Below, piece after piece: positions 19,951 through 30,626 of a DNA stretch of 64,000 nt (position 1 is its first letter; each line of letters opens with the position of its first letter). The stretch is taken from the IMG/VR virus record IMGVR_UViG_3300025012_000046, positions 1-64,000 of that record. One strand, written 5' to 3'. The notes under the pieces were generated by a model, which saw only the letters and a program-made list of their open reading frames with translations, made no database searches and was not told where the DNA came from. Source of the DNA: a virus. The translations under genes were made by a program, and so were the position numbers.

Positions 19951-21273
19951 ATGAGTATAGTTCTTAGGAATATGGCAGAGATAGAGAATGTGCCGAAAGA
20001 GCACTTGCTTGAAATTTGCCAAATGTATTCTTACACTTCAAAAGATGGGTCAACTGTCCTTACCAACTTTCAGTACAAAGGAGGTAAACTTTTACTTCCA
20101 CCTAACACAGTCAAGCTTCAAAAAGTAGCTGATATTCTAGGCACTGATATAGTTGATAAGCGAACCAAAGGAAAACCTTTAAAAGAACCTTTTACTTTAA
20201 AAGACACTTTCAACCTCAGAGATTATCAAGTTGTACCGGCGCACGAATTTGTAGAATATCTTAAAGAGAATCAATACGGAATGTTGCAGGGAGAAACTGG
20301 AAGTGGAAAGACCAGCGTAACGACTTATGTCGCAGGGCATTTCGGCTGTAAAGTTTTGGTGCTATGCGATATGGGAAGTTTGCAGGGACAGTGGGAAGCA
20401 GCGTTCAACGGAGTTTGGGGCAAAAAAGTTCAGATAGTATCTTCTAAGGATACTGAATTTGCTGACGTATGTTGTGCTACATTTCAACTGCTGAATAAAA
20501 ATGCAACGCTGTTAGAAAAAATATCTGAGGAATTTGGACTAGTTATCACCGATGAGACTCACATTTCAGCCGCTGAGTCGTGGAAAAAGGTACTGCTTTC
20601 TATTAACTCCTATTATCGCTGTGGTATATCTGCAACTATATTTAGGAAGAACTATGAGCGTGACCTTCTAGTAGATTTAATAGGCCCGATTGCGGTTGAA
20701 ATGTACGATGAGAATAAGCTGATACCAAAGATAAACTTTGTACAAACTGGGGTTAATTTTTGCAGTTCATCACCAGACGACTACACTACCATCCTTACTG
20801 ACCTAGCTTTTAACGAACAGAGAAATGCCCTGATTATTTCTATAATTAAGAAGGGCACTGAACTTAACCGTAAAATTTTGGTCATAGCTCCAAGGGTAGA
20901 GCAGCTTAAAGTGTTGTGTGAAGAAAGTAAGGACTTCTGTAAACCTTTTGTTTACGCTGGAAGTACAACTTTAAAGCAAGACTTGGAGTTGAAGGAACGT
21001 CTTGCTGCTGGTGAAATTGATGTTATCATAAGCGCAAATAAGTGTTCGAAGGGGGTTGATCTACCTTCACTAGATGTTTTGGTGATTGCAACACCTACCA
21101 ACAATGAAACTAACGTTGTACAGTGGGTGGGGCGCGTACTGCGGAAGTGCGAAGGTAAGCCTAAACCTATAGTGTTTGACCTCGTTGATGGTGGGAGTTT
21201 GGCAGCAGCGTTTAAGTATAATCGGACTAAGTGGTATAAGAAAATGGGATTTGAAATTGGGACTGGAGGTTAA
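19951..21273 (+). CDS. superfamily 2 DNA helicase (UvsW / T5 D10-like)
   Basis: LRDYQ, GETGSGKT, DETH, SAT, GVDLP and QWVGRVLR motifs. Confidence 0.92.
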   Translation: MSIVLRNMAEIENVPKEHLLEICQMYSYTSKDGSTVLTNFQYKGGKLLLPPNTVKLQKVADILGTDIVDKRTKGKPLKEPFTLKDTFNLRDYQVVPAHEFVEYLKENQYGMLQGETGSGKTSVTTYVAGHFGCKVLVLCDMGSLQGQWEAAFNGVWGKKVQIVSSKDTEFADVCCATFQLLNKNATLLEKISEEFGLVITDETHISAAESWKKVLLSINSYYRCGISATIFRKNYERDLLVDLIGPIAVEMYDENKLIPKINFVQTGVNFCSSSPDDYTTILTDLAFNEQRNALIISIIKKGTELNRKILVIAPRVEQLKVLCEESKDFCKPFVYAGSTTLKQDLELKERLAAGEIDVIISANKCSKGVDLPSLDVLVIATPTNNETNVVQWVGRVLRKCEGKPKPIVFDLVDGGSLAAAFKYNRTKWYKKMGFEIGTGG

Positions 21274-21757
21274 ATGGCTGCTACGTTACCAGACTGTATG
21301 ATCCCAGATGGAAACAACGGCGCGTGTAAGTCTTACCTTGAGTTAGAAGCTGAGTTAAAGCTCTATAAGCAAGCTTTAACAAAGGCTGTAAGTTTGCCTA
21401 AAGGTAAGCTTCCCGTAACAGACCAATATTATTCTTGTAGTATTAACGGGAATGTTAACGTATTTAGAAGACCTAACGAGTTAGTGGAGGACTAAATGAA
21501 GGTTATCGGTAACATAAGCTACGACAAGTACATCTGTGAAGTAGAACACGCTGAGATTGAAAAGTTTCTAAATCTATACTATAGCAAGATGGACAAGCTT
21601 AAGTCTGGAGACATTGTTGATCTTGGTAAAGGTTACAACTTCGCCAGAGAAACAAAAGATGCAATGCTGTCAACTAAGAAGCTAATAGAAGACAATCAGA
21701 ACGTGGTAAGTGCTATTCTACAGGGGTTCAATATAATAAGTTTGATGGAGGAAGACC

Positions 21758-22453
21758 ATGAAAAGGACTGAAGAGCCTACGCGTGAGTACAAAACAGTTA
21801 CCGGGAGTAGCGGGTACACTGAAAGTCATCCTGCTTACGGTCTTGTTGGGTTGTGTCGTACCACTTGTAGTCCAGGGATGAACCTTTTTGGTTCGTCGGT
21901 AAAGCATGGCAACTACATATCTCTGACGATAAAGAGGGCGAAAAAAGAACATAGCCTTTCAAGGGATTGGTACTTTGGCGGGGATGAACTTATAAAAATT
22001 AGTATCTCAGGTGTTCAGCTTGGGGAACTTCTTACATCTATGAATGTTGGTGACGGAGTACCTTGTACCATAGAGCGATTTAACGGGGAAGGAGTGCCTG
22101 ATATTCCAGCTGGAACTACTGTTACGGAAGAGTATCACGAAGAGTTTGTACAACAGGTAAGGGCTACTAATGAACGAAGCAAAAAGCTCATAGCAAAGGC
22201 TGAAGAGATACTTAAGACTGGCGGAACTATCAAGAAGGATGAAAGATCACAGTTGCTTGGGCATCTGCACCACCTTAACATGGAAATTGGGTCTAGCCTT
22301 GAGTTTATGGCAAAGTCTTTTGATGAGAAGATGGAGAAGACTGTAGGACAAGCTAAGGGTGAAGTAGAGGCATTTATAAGTAATAAAATACATAGTGCTG
22401 GGCTTAAGGCTTTGGGCGCTCCTGTGGTGGAGCTTGAGTACAAGGAGGATTAA
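21758..22453 (+). CDS. conserved phage hypothetical protein
   Basis: HPAYG...LFGS...GDGVPCTI motif followed by coiled coil. Confidence 0.75.
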   Translation: MKRTEEPTREYKTVTGSSGYTESHPAYGLVGLCRTTCSPGMNLFGSSVKHGNYISLTIKRAKKEHSLSRDWYFGGDELIKISISGVQLGELLTSMNVGDGVPCTIERFNGEGVPDIPAGTTVTEEYHEEFVQQVRATNERSKKLIAKAEEILKTGGTIKKDERSQLLGHLHHLNMEIGSSLEFMAKSFDEKMEKTVGQAKGEVEAFISNKIHSAGLKALGAPVVELEYKED

Positions 22454-22640
22454 CTATGAGTATCCTTAACGATGGACATTGGGTATTTGAGGAGTATACC
22501 CAAAGAGTCACCACTAAGGAATGGAAACAAATACTACTTAGTGGCGGCGATAAAATAATATTTAGAGGGCATCTTGTACAACTTAAAGGTAAAAATTTGG
22601 GTGCTGGGGTTGTAGAAATCTATAAAGCGGCAGAAAAAGA

Positions 22641-22669
22641 TTGACAAAAACAAATGGCTGTGGTATAAT
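22641..22669 (+). promoter_or_regulatory. sigma70-type promoter
   Basis: TTGACA-17-TATAAT, TG extended -10, followed by TCGCCA. Confidence 0.85.
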
Positions 22670-23376
22670 TCGCCACACTTTAATGAGATGAGGTCTTAGA
22701 TGCCAGATATAAGCATGTGCGCCAACGGAGTCAACTGTGAAAGGAAAAGTAAGTGCTACCGCTTCACAGCCTTTCCTTCAGGATTACAGTCTTACGCCAC
22801 GTTTTACGAAGAAGGTAAGTATTGTGAATACTTTATTTTAGATTGGAGCAACCTGCCGTGAGGACTGGTGTTTATGCCTAGAAATCCGTATAAATCAATA
22901 AGCAAGTGTAAACAAAGGATTAACGCAAGAAAAATAAAAAGAAACCGCCGCGCAGCCAGTAAAAGAAAAGAACCATATATTGTTGAAATTACTATGCAAT
23001 ACTTAAAAGCTAAAGCACTTTTAGAAGATAAAACATGGGAGCCTTAAATGATAAGAAAATTTAAAGTAGCAACAACAATCACAACTGAGCATGAAATAGA
23101 AATAGATACAGATAAATTTGATGGTGAATTTATGGCTGATTATGAGAGGTATATTCATAAAGTTTATCAACACGACGATGATCTAATTAAAGGTCATGTG
23201 TTAAATATTGCTGAGTACATGGCTCACAATCCTTACGATAGTTTTATAGAAGGTTACGGTCATATTAGACTAAATGGGTACGCAAATAGTAGTGTTGATG
23301 AGAATGAAATAATGATTTCTGTTAGAGAGACTGACGTATACGTTGATGACCAAGAATTAGATGAGGTAACAGCGAT

Positions 23377-23697
23377 ATGATTTTTATAGAAGCTGTTTGT
23401 GATAGTTGTGGGGAAGAGCTTGAGATAACAAATAGAAGTGACTGTTTCGGTATTAAATTTGGTGTTATGCCTTGTTCTAACTGTGTTGATTATGAGTTTG
23501 ATCGCGGCAGGGAAAGCGCGAATGAAGAGGCGTATAACGACGGGTATAACCAGGGTATGCACGATAACGAAAACTCTGGGTATGATGATGGTTATGATGG
23601 AGGGTATATGGACGGCAAATACGAAGGATATAACGAAGGCTTTGACGCTGGGTATGAGAAAGCTTGTAGAGAATGCGAAAGGGACAATGATCTATGA
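23377..23697 (+). CDS. Zn-finger protein with G-(Y/F)-x-x repeats
   Basis: CDSC/CSNC followed by YNDGYNQG...YDDGYDGGYMDGKYEGYNEGFDAG. Confidence 0.65.
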   Translation: MIFIEAVCDSCGEELEITNRSDCFGIKFGVMPCSNCVDYEFDRGRESANEEAYNDGYNQGMHDNENSGYDDGYDGGYMDGKYEGYNEGFDAGYEKACRECERDNDL

Positions 23698-23841
23698 CAA
23701 TTGTTAAGTGTTCACTAATAGAGTGCAGCAATAATGATTGTGGTGTCTGCACTAGGCATATAATTGAATTGTATGAGCAGTTAAATTATAACGAAGAAAC
23801 TGAGTTTATATGTTATCATTACAAAAGATAGTTTAACATCT

Positions 23842-23936
23842 GGCGGTGTGGCCGGATAATCGGCGCTCTACCGTAATACATATCGGTGTACAGATTAGGG
23901 AGGACAATGTAGGTGAAAGCCCTGCCGCCGCCACCA
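23842..23936 (+). ncRNA. tRNA-like RNA with encoded CCA and a 25-nt insert replacing the anticodon loop
   Basis: 7-bp acceptor stem GGCGGTG/CGCCGCC plus ACCA; D arm GCCG/CGGC; T arm GTAGG-TGAAAGC-CCTGC; GC-rich island in an AT-rich intergenic gap. Confidence 0.75.
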
Positions 23937-23955
23937 AAAATTTTCAGGAGTCGCT

Positions 23956-25311
23956 TTGAATAATCCGCAATGTGAGATGAACATACTGGCCAAGCTTGTG
24001 TCTGATAAAGACGCTGAAGCTTTGTCCAATATTGACCCAATTAAATTTGGTAATGGTGATCTGCAAAAGCTATTCATCATAGTAAGAAACCACTACATAG
24101 ACAAAGATCAATGGATAGGTTTTGACTACCTTAAACAAGTGGTAGTTTCTCTCTGTAAGACCGCAGATAAAGCTGAGTTTATGTCTGGGATGATAGACCA
24201 ACTTAAGACAAGGGATATTGGTGAGGTAAGCTTTAGTGATCTTTTGACTGAGCTTGATAATTTCTATAAGTTCAGGCTGATAACTAGTAAGGCAGATAAG
24301 CTTATCAGCGCTGTGCAGAGCAAAGATATTAATGGCGCTTTGGGTGAAGTTAGGGGGATGTATGAGGATGTTTTTGTAAACACTACACATAAACTTGAGG
24401 ATAGCGATTCAGTTAACCTCATGGGGCAAAAGGTTAAATACGTATTTAGAAAAGTAGGTATCCCAGAGCTTGACGAAAGAGGGCCACTTATCGAAGGTGG
24501 TTTGACAATTTTGGGGGCCGGAAGTGGTAAGGGAAAGAGCAATCTTGCCTTACAATTTGATATTTACCACTATTTAAACTACGAAGGGTCTGTGGCGTAT
24601 TTCTCTTTTGAGTTGAGTAGAGAAGAAATTTATGCGCGAATAATTTCTAACTTAGCAGAAATAGACGTTGGCAATATAATCTCAGATGCACTTAAACCTG
24701 AAGAAGTGCTTAGGAAACGTGAAGCTGAGCTGTACTTTCATTATGATATTACTAGGGAAGAGGCTAATAAATTTACGCTAGCCTCACACTTAGAATCTGA
24801 TGAAAGTTTTAACGAAATAGCTACTAACACGTATACCAGAAGGAAAAATACTTTTTATATTTTTGATGAGAGTTGCAACTTTGATGAGTTAATGATAAAG
24901 ATGCGGCTTTTGCGAGATACTAAAAATGTTAGAAAGTTTACAGTGGATTATCTCACGCTAATCCCTAGAGGTTTTGTTGATAAAAATACTCCAGACTGGA
25001 AAGTGCCAATTTTGTACAGTGAACGTCTAAAACTGTTTGCTAAGGAACAAGGAAAGAAGTGTTATGTAGTGACCCCAGTACAATTTAATGATAAAAACGA
25101 AGAGCTTAAGTTCTCGAAATCATTAGAAAATGCGGTGGATTTGTATATGAATTTCAAACAAGACGAAGACGATAAAACATTAGGTACAGTTACAGTTAAT
25201 TTCGGTAAGTTCAGAACGTACCTAACTGTACCAAATAAACCACTTAAATCTTTTAAATTGTTGACTGAATTTCAGTATAGCAGGTTTAAAAGCTTTAGTT
25301 TTGGGAGTTAA
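23956..25311 (+). CDS. DnaB-like replicative helicase
   Basis: Walker A GAGSGKGKS; FSFELS; VDYLTLI; PVQFN. Confidence 0.85.
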   Translation: MNNPQCEMNILAKLVSDKDAEALSNIDPIKFGNGDLQKLFIIVRNHYIDKDQWIGFDYLKQVVVSLCKTADKAEFMSGMIDQLKTRDIGEVSFSDLLTELDNFYKFRLITSKADKLISAVQSKDINGALGEVRGMYEDVFVNTTHKLEDSDSVNLMGQKVKYVFRKVGIPELDERGPLIEGGLTILGAGSGKGKSNLALQFDIYHYLNYEGSVAYFSFELSREEIYARIISNLAEIDVGNIISDALKPEEVLRKREAELYFHYDITREEANKFTLASHLESDESFNEIATNTYTRRKNTFYIFDESCNFDELMIKMRLLRDTKNVRKFTVDYLTLIPRGFVDKNTPDWKVPILYSERLKLFAKEQGKKCYVVTPVQFNDKNEELKFSKSLENAVDLYMNFKQDEDDKTLGTVTVNFGKFRTYLTVPNKPLKSFKLLTEFQYSRFKSFSFGS

Positions 25312-25865
25312 CATGAGCCTAGCCATGTTCTGTCCAAAGAAACTCGCTCAGCGCAGCTTTTTGGTATGCCTTTATCTTTGCCCAAAAAATACCAAGAAGA
25401 ACTGTATTGAGTACAAGAAGCATTTCAACGCAATACGCGCTGAAAAGGTAGAGCCTTTATATGTAGAGAAATACGGAGCGCCGGAATACATTGAACCCTT
25501 AGTACCTAAAAAAAGGGAGGTTAGAGATGTACAAAAGTCCCCCAAAAGTGGGAACAAAAAAGTACAAAGAAATACTGGAAAGAGGCTGCGGCGGATATAG
25601 AGATTACTGGGGAGAGTTTGACTGTGATCACCCATACGAATGGGCTTGTGATGATTGTCCAATTGTCAACGAGAAATATTTAAGGGAGGAAGAACAATGC
25701 GAGGTTCTTTCGTTGGACCTACCGTAAACGATTTATACGCACTGTTAGGTACGCTGCGTGAACATGGGCTTGGTGATAACGTAGTGTTAATATTTGAACC
25801 TGCAGTAGATAACTGGGTTGAAGTTGGTTATGTGATTTACGGAGCAGGGGAGGTGAAACTCTACA

Positions 25866-26390
25866 ATGAGTAACATTTTATTCACAGCAGACGAGCACTA
25901 CTTTCACGGTCACGTTATTAGATACAATGACCGCCCGTTCTTTTCCCCGGAAGACATGACTGAAACGCTGATAGCTAACCACAACAATGAAGTAAAGTGT
26001 GGCGATAAAGTCTACCACATTGGAGACTTTGCCTGGAAACACCCTGAGCTAGTATTGCCAAGGCTGAACGGGCAGCACTATCTTATCAAAGGAAACCACG
26101 ACCAGTCTAAATGGGTAGAGAAGGCTGGGTTTATTTGGGTCAAAGATGTTTTCGGCCTTAAAGTAAATGACCTGTACTTCTGGCTTAGTCATTTTGCACA
26201 CAGGTATTGGAACAAAAGTCACTACGGTTCATACCACCTCTACGGGCATTCCCACGGCGCTGCGCCTGATTGGGGAAGGTCAACTGACGTTGGTGTAGAT
26301 GCGTGGAACTATCGGCCAGTTCATATTGATGAGATTTTGGAGAAACTTAAGGATCGGGAATGGAAGGATCATCATGACGTACACCATTAA
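25866..26390 (+). CDS. calcineurin-like metallophosphoesterase
   Basis: DEH, GDF, GNHD, SH and GHSH motifs. Confidence 0.9.
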   Translation: MSNILFTADEHYFHGHVIRYNDRPFFSPEDMTETLIANHNNEVKCGDKVYHIGDFAWKHPELVLPRLNGQHYLIKGNHDQSKWVEKAGFIWVKDVFGLKVNDLYFWLSHFAHRYWNKSHYGSYHLYGHSHGAAPDWGRSTDVGVDAWNYRPVHIDEILEKLKDREWKDHHDVHH

Positions 26391-26562
26391 ATTAGCAACT
26401 ATAGTAAAGTATATCGGTTATCTTGTCTTAGGGGTTTTACTTGCTAACACAGGCGTAATTTGGAACAATCCTAACTGGTGGTCAATATTAGTAATTGTGC
26501 TGGTTATAGATACTGCTTCTCATTATGAGACAGCTTAAAATTACAGCCAAATGAAATTTTGC

Positions 26563-26591
26563 TTGACATTTTATAATCTACGTGGTATAAT
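26563..26591 (+). promoter_or_regulatory. sigma70-type promoter
   Basis: TTGACA-17-TATAAT, TG extended -10, followed by GCGCCATCTTT. Confidence 0.85.
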
Positions 26592-26621
26592 GCGCCATCT
26601 TTTAAATGTTATTGAGGTCTT

Positions 26622-26933
26622 ATGAAAACACATGTTACGTTGCTGAAAGAAGTAGAGGAAAATTGGCCGTTACGTAAAGGTAAAAATGAACTACTAGACT
26701 TTCTAAAAGGCAAAGAGATAACCAGAGCAGAAGCAATGCTGGCCATGTGCTATCAATGCTGCGGTGGTTACGAGGGTAGTGAGGGTGGATACGATTGTCA
26801 AGGAAAATATTGCCCCCTTTACCTATATATGCCCTTTAAGAAAACCAAGAAAGCTAAGACGAGGGTCATGTCAGAGGAACACAAGGCTAAGCTTATGGCC
26901 GGGAAGAAAGCTAAGGCAAAGGATAAGAAATGA
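26622..26933 (+). CDS. Cys-rich Zn-binding protein with a basic tail
   Basis: CYQCCGG...C...CPLY; MSEEHKAKL. Confidence 0.65.
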   Translation: MKTHVTLLKEVEENWPLRKGKNELLDFLKGKEITRAEAMLAMCYQCCGGYEGSEGGYDCQGKYCPLYLYMPFKKTKKAKTRVMSEEHKAKLMAGKKAKAKDKK

Positions 26934-27161
26934 AAAATTGGCTGATGAAAAAGCTGGGCATTAAAATTTGTGAAAGATGTGGGGTAGTTTTTGAACGTAG
27001 ACTGTATTACTGCTTTGAAGACCCTTGGCGCAAAGCTGACTACAAGTATAAAGATTATTGCTTATCTTGTGTCAAGATAAAAGACGCTGAACAAAAAGAG
27101 GAAGACGAACTCATGTTGTTTTATCGACGCAATAAAGACTCAGTTAAAGAAATGATGGAAA

Positions 27162-27938
27162 ATGAGAGTAAATCCGTTAGCGATAGTTGACCCAAAATAC
27201 ACAATTGAAGATTGGTACAGGTTCAGGTCACACCTGTTGTTGCCGCCGCAGTGGATGCTGATAATACTCAAAAACTTTTCTGATTTTGGACTAGCAACAG
27301 CACAGTTGGCAGAGATTAACAGGCAGTACAATGATCACTTGTGGAATAGGATGAAAATGGATTCAGAGGTTACTTTACTACAGAAGATGTATCGAATAGC
27401 CGGTGTGCCTGTTAAGTATATGTCAGAGAGCATACCTATAGGAAAACTGGAGTCTCAGAAAACTTACAACTATGTTCAACAGAATGTCGAAGGGTTTATA
27501 GGAGGTGGCGATACACTCTATTTCTACTCAGGTATTGAAGAAAATGCTTTGATCGCAGCAACTGAAGTGGTAAAAAAAGCTGTAAGAGAAAACTTTAAAT
27601 GTTATATGCTGGACATGCCAGCATTCATGGAAGAGGTCACAACCTTTGAGCGCAGTGAGAAACTAAATAAATTGGAAACAGTAGACTTAGCCGTACTTTA
27701 CTTTGTAGGAAGTGAATACGCACGTAAGGAGACAGGATTCGTGAGTTCCCACCTAAACGCATTTGTTCAAAAAAGATCGGTGAACGGTAAGAGTACTATC
27801 CTTTCCAGTAGTATGACTCCAGAAAAGTTTAGGAAAAGGTATGACATGCCACTAACGGCAACTGTGTTGGAGTTTATGGACAGCAACATAAGTAAGACTA
27901 TGAAAGAGCTTAGAGATAAACTGGCTAAAGGTAAATAG
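27162..27938 (+). CDS. DnaC/IstB-like AAA+ fold protein with degenerate ATPase motifs
   Basis: AGVPVKY; TLYFYSG at the Walker A strand; DLAVLYFVGSE at Walker B; RSVNGKSTILSS. Confidence 0.6.
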   Translation: MRVNPLAIVDPKYTIEDWYRFRSHLLLPPQWMLIILKNFSDFGLATAQLAEINRQYNDHLWNRMKMDSEVTLLQKMYRIAGVPVKYMSESIPIGKLESQKTYNYVQQNVEGFIGGGDTLYFYSGIEENALIAATEVVKKAVRENFKCYMLDMPAFMEEVTTFERSEKLNKLETVDLAVLYFVGSEYARKETGFVSSHLNAFVQKRSVNGKSTILSSSMTPEKFRKRYDMPLTATVLEFMDSNISKTMKELRDKLAKGK

Positions 27939-28089
27939 ATGGTAACTATAACTGAGGAGCATGACGTAGGTATGGACGAGGCATGGTGTAAGTGGTTTCG
28001 TTGTCCTGGTTGTGAAGACGAATATATATATAATGCAGCGGTTTAATTACTGTCCTAATTGCGGTGAAGAAATTGATTGGGAGGTTTAA
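27939..28089 (+). pseudogene. Zn-ribbon microprotein frameshifted at a (TA)5 tract (or assembly error)
   Basis: CPGC and YCPNCG halves are out of frame across TATATATATA at 28023-28032. Confidence 0.5.
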
Positions 28090-28090
28090 A

Positions 28091-28303
28091 ATGTGGCTAG
28101 CAAGAGACGAAGACGGTACGTTGGTGTTGGCTACCGAAAAGCTTATCAAAGCAAAGAACGAATGGGTCTTACCAGAAGAAATGATTTATGACAGCAATAC
28201 TGATTATTTTATAGAGCTGCCAACTTATTTCAGAGAATTGTTCCCAGAAATCAAATGGGAAAATGAAGAAGCAACACCAGTTAAGATTGTTTTGGAGCTT
28301 TAA
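28091..28303 (+). CDS. MWLARD-family small protein
   Basis: GGAGG RBS and ATG; paralogue of 17710..17901. Confidence 0.7.
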   Translation: MWLARDEDGTLVLATEKLIKAKNEWVLPEEMIYDSNTDYFIELPTYFRELFPEIKWENEEATPVKIVLEL

Positions 28304-29101
28304 TGACTGAAAGAGATATTGCACTGCAACTTGCCATGCGACAGCTTGGTTTCCTTAACTACGGCGAATACTATAACATCCTAGCTAAGTGCTCAGACAC
28401 TACTAAAAAGAGCGCTGAGTTTAAAGAGTGGGAATGTTTCGACGGAACTAGAAATTCGTTGGTAGATTTGCTTGAAGAGAAACAAAACATAAGAATATGC
28501 AGCAGCTACTGCTGTGATTTTAACAACAACATGAGCTGTACTAACCCGACATTTAATACAGAGCACAATATACCATGTTTTTCTGACATTAATTAGGAGG
28601 TTTTACCAGATGATCTGCCCCTTGTGCCAAACAGAAATGTGCTACACTGAGCGTGATGTGTTTTTTGTTGATACTGAGATGGGAGAAGAAATAGAACTGT
28701 TGGTGAAGGCGTCGTGGTGTACTGGGTGTGGTGAGGTATCTTGGGTGAAAAGGGTTGGTGACTGATGAATATACGCGAAGAAGCTATAAAAAGAGCCATA
28801 CGGTATGGGTATATAGACGACGGTGACATTTTAGAGTTTACCTGCGATACATGTTTTGATATGCCCACATGTATATGTGCTTACGATCTTTATAATACAC
28901 ATGGCGATTGCCTGATGGAGAAATAGATGACGACTAGAATAAATGTGATGCACGATGACTCAAATGATAAAGACATTGAGATACTGACGTACAACAGCGA
29001 CGTGTTAGTTAGTACTGACGTGCTGGTTTGTGGAGATGACAAAGACTTTTGGCTGCATAGCAACCAATTTATTATGGTAGTTTAGAAACAAGAAGTATAA
29101 G

Positions 29102-29635
29102 ATGGGTAGCAACTTACACCATATAGAAGGTGACGTAGCATTTATAAAACTTGTCAGGAAAAAGCATATTATTAGATACGCTAAAGTTGACATTGAAGAC
29201 CTAGACAAAGTAGTAAGTCACCGTTACACTGGGCATCTTAATATGCAAAATACAGTGTTAAATAAGCAGGACGAGTATAATGCTAAATATTATGCTAGAG
29301 CAACTTTAGGGGTAGAGAACGGCAGCAAAATTGGTATATTAATGCACAGATTCGTACTGGGAGCTAATAAAGACTGGGACTGCGCGGTGGTTGACCATAT
29401 AAACGGGGATACACTAGACAACCGCAAGTCTAACCTTAGAATAACTAACCAGTCGATAAATTCATTAAATAGAAGCAGGATAAACTATAACAATAAAGTA
29501 AAAATACCTGGTGTGTATTGGGTTGAGCGTGAAAAGTGCTACTATATTTACTCAAGCGGAACCGTGAGGAAATATTTAGGCAGAGCTAAGACACTTGAAG
29601 AGGCCGCGTTAATTAGGAACGCTTGGGATGCTTGA
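29102..29635 (+). CDS. HNH homing endonuclease
   Basis: MHRFVL...VDHINGDTLDNRKSNLR; AP2-like C-terminus. Confidence 0.9.
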   Translation: MGSNLHHIEGDVAFIKLVRKKHIIRYAKVDIEDLDKVVSHRYTGHLNMQNTVLNKQDEYNAKYYARATLGVENGSKIGILMHRFVLGANKDWDCAVVDHINGDTLDNRKSNLRITNQSINSLNRSRINYNNKVKIPGVYWVEREKCYYIYSSGTVRKYLGRAKTLEEAALIRNAWDA

Positions 29636-30626
29636 TGTTACTGGGCTGCTAGAAAGTAAAAACATAGATTATGTAGTGAGGGGCGGCGGAGAAATTAGTA
29701 TCCGCTGCCCAAATGCTATAAACCACCAAGACGGTTCTGATAGTATTGAAAGCTTTAACATAAACATAGATAATTTAGAGAGCCATTGCTTTTCTTGTGG
29801 CCTGTCTATGAACACTGCCAAGTTGACCAAATGGCTGCTTGGGGAAGACCTGGATGAACTGGAATATAAATGTCTTGAGTTGAGAGGTAAACTAAAAAAA
29901 CTACAAAGTTATGACTTCAACATCGTAACTCCTGTCAGTAAAAGCGTGATCATACCGTTTGGTAAACCAGTAACAGAGCCTTTCAGGAACATCAGCGTAG
30001 AAACATACAAAAAGCTTAACGCAGTTATCGTGGAGAGGGGTAGATACGCTGGTAGACTGTGCTTTCCTATAATACTAGACGGAAAAATAATAGGTATAGA
30101 CGGTAGGCTGTTAAACAACGCTGATGTAACAAAAGAAAACCCAAAGTATAAGCGTAATTTTAACTCTAGCTGTCAGCATGATTGGCTTTGGCCATTCGAC
30201 GTTACTAAAAACTTGATAAAAGAAAAAGGTTTTAATTATGTAATACTTGGCGAAGGAGCATTTCACGCTGCAAATGGAATTAACCACGGCTTTCCTACTT
30301 TAACTTATTTCGGAGCTAATAATTTCAGTCAGCATAAAGCGCTAATGCTAATGTCTTTAGGTATAACTGAGGTAGTTGTCTTCCCCGACAAGGATAAAGC
30401 TGGAGAGCTAGTTTTGTACGGTAATCCAACAGCTAATAGCGAAATATTAAAGATGGGTATATGTAGATTCTTAAGTGATTGGTTTGAGGTTTCAGTAGCA
30501 AACACAGACAGGTTGCAGCTTGACCCTTTGGCTACTTTGGCTAAGCAGAAAGCTGTGTACCAAGACTTAGGCGATTTAAATAGAGAAGAAATTCAATGGG
30601 CGATAGATAATAGGAGGAAGTTTTGA
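29628..30626 (+). CDS. DNA primase (Zn-binding plus TOPRIM domains)
   Basis: CP...H...CFSC; GEG; PDKDKAG (DxD). Confidence 0.88.
   Translation: MLDVTGLLESKNIDYVVRGGGEISIRCPNAINHQDGSDSIESFNINIDNLESHCFSCGLSMNTAKLTKWLLGEDLDELEYKCLELRGKLKKLQSYDFNIVTPVSKSVIIPFGKPVTEPFRNISVETYKKLNAVIVERGRYAGRLCFPIILDGKIIGIDGRLLNNADVTKENPKYKRNFNSSCQHDWLWPFDVTKNLIKEKGFNYVILGEGAFHAANGINHGFPTLTYFGANNFSQHKALMLMSLGITEVVVFPDKDKAGELVLYGNPTANSEILKMGICRFLSDWFEVSVANTDRLQLDPLATLAKQKAVYQDLGDLNREEIQWAIDNRRKF

Noticed and set aside
23842-23936. Canonical tRNA-Met gene
   Set aside because: No 7-nt anticodon loop with U33, no D-loop GG and no TTC in the T loop; reported as a tRNA-like RNA instead.
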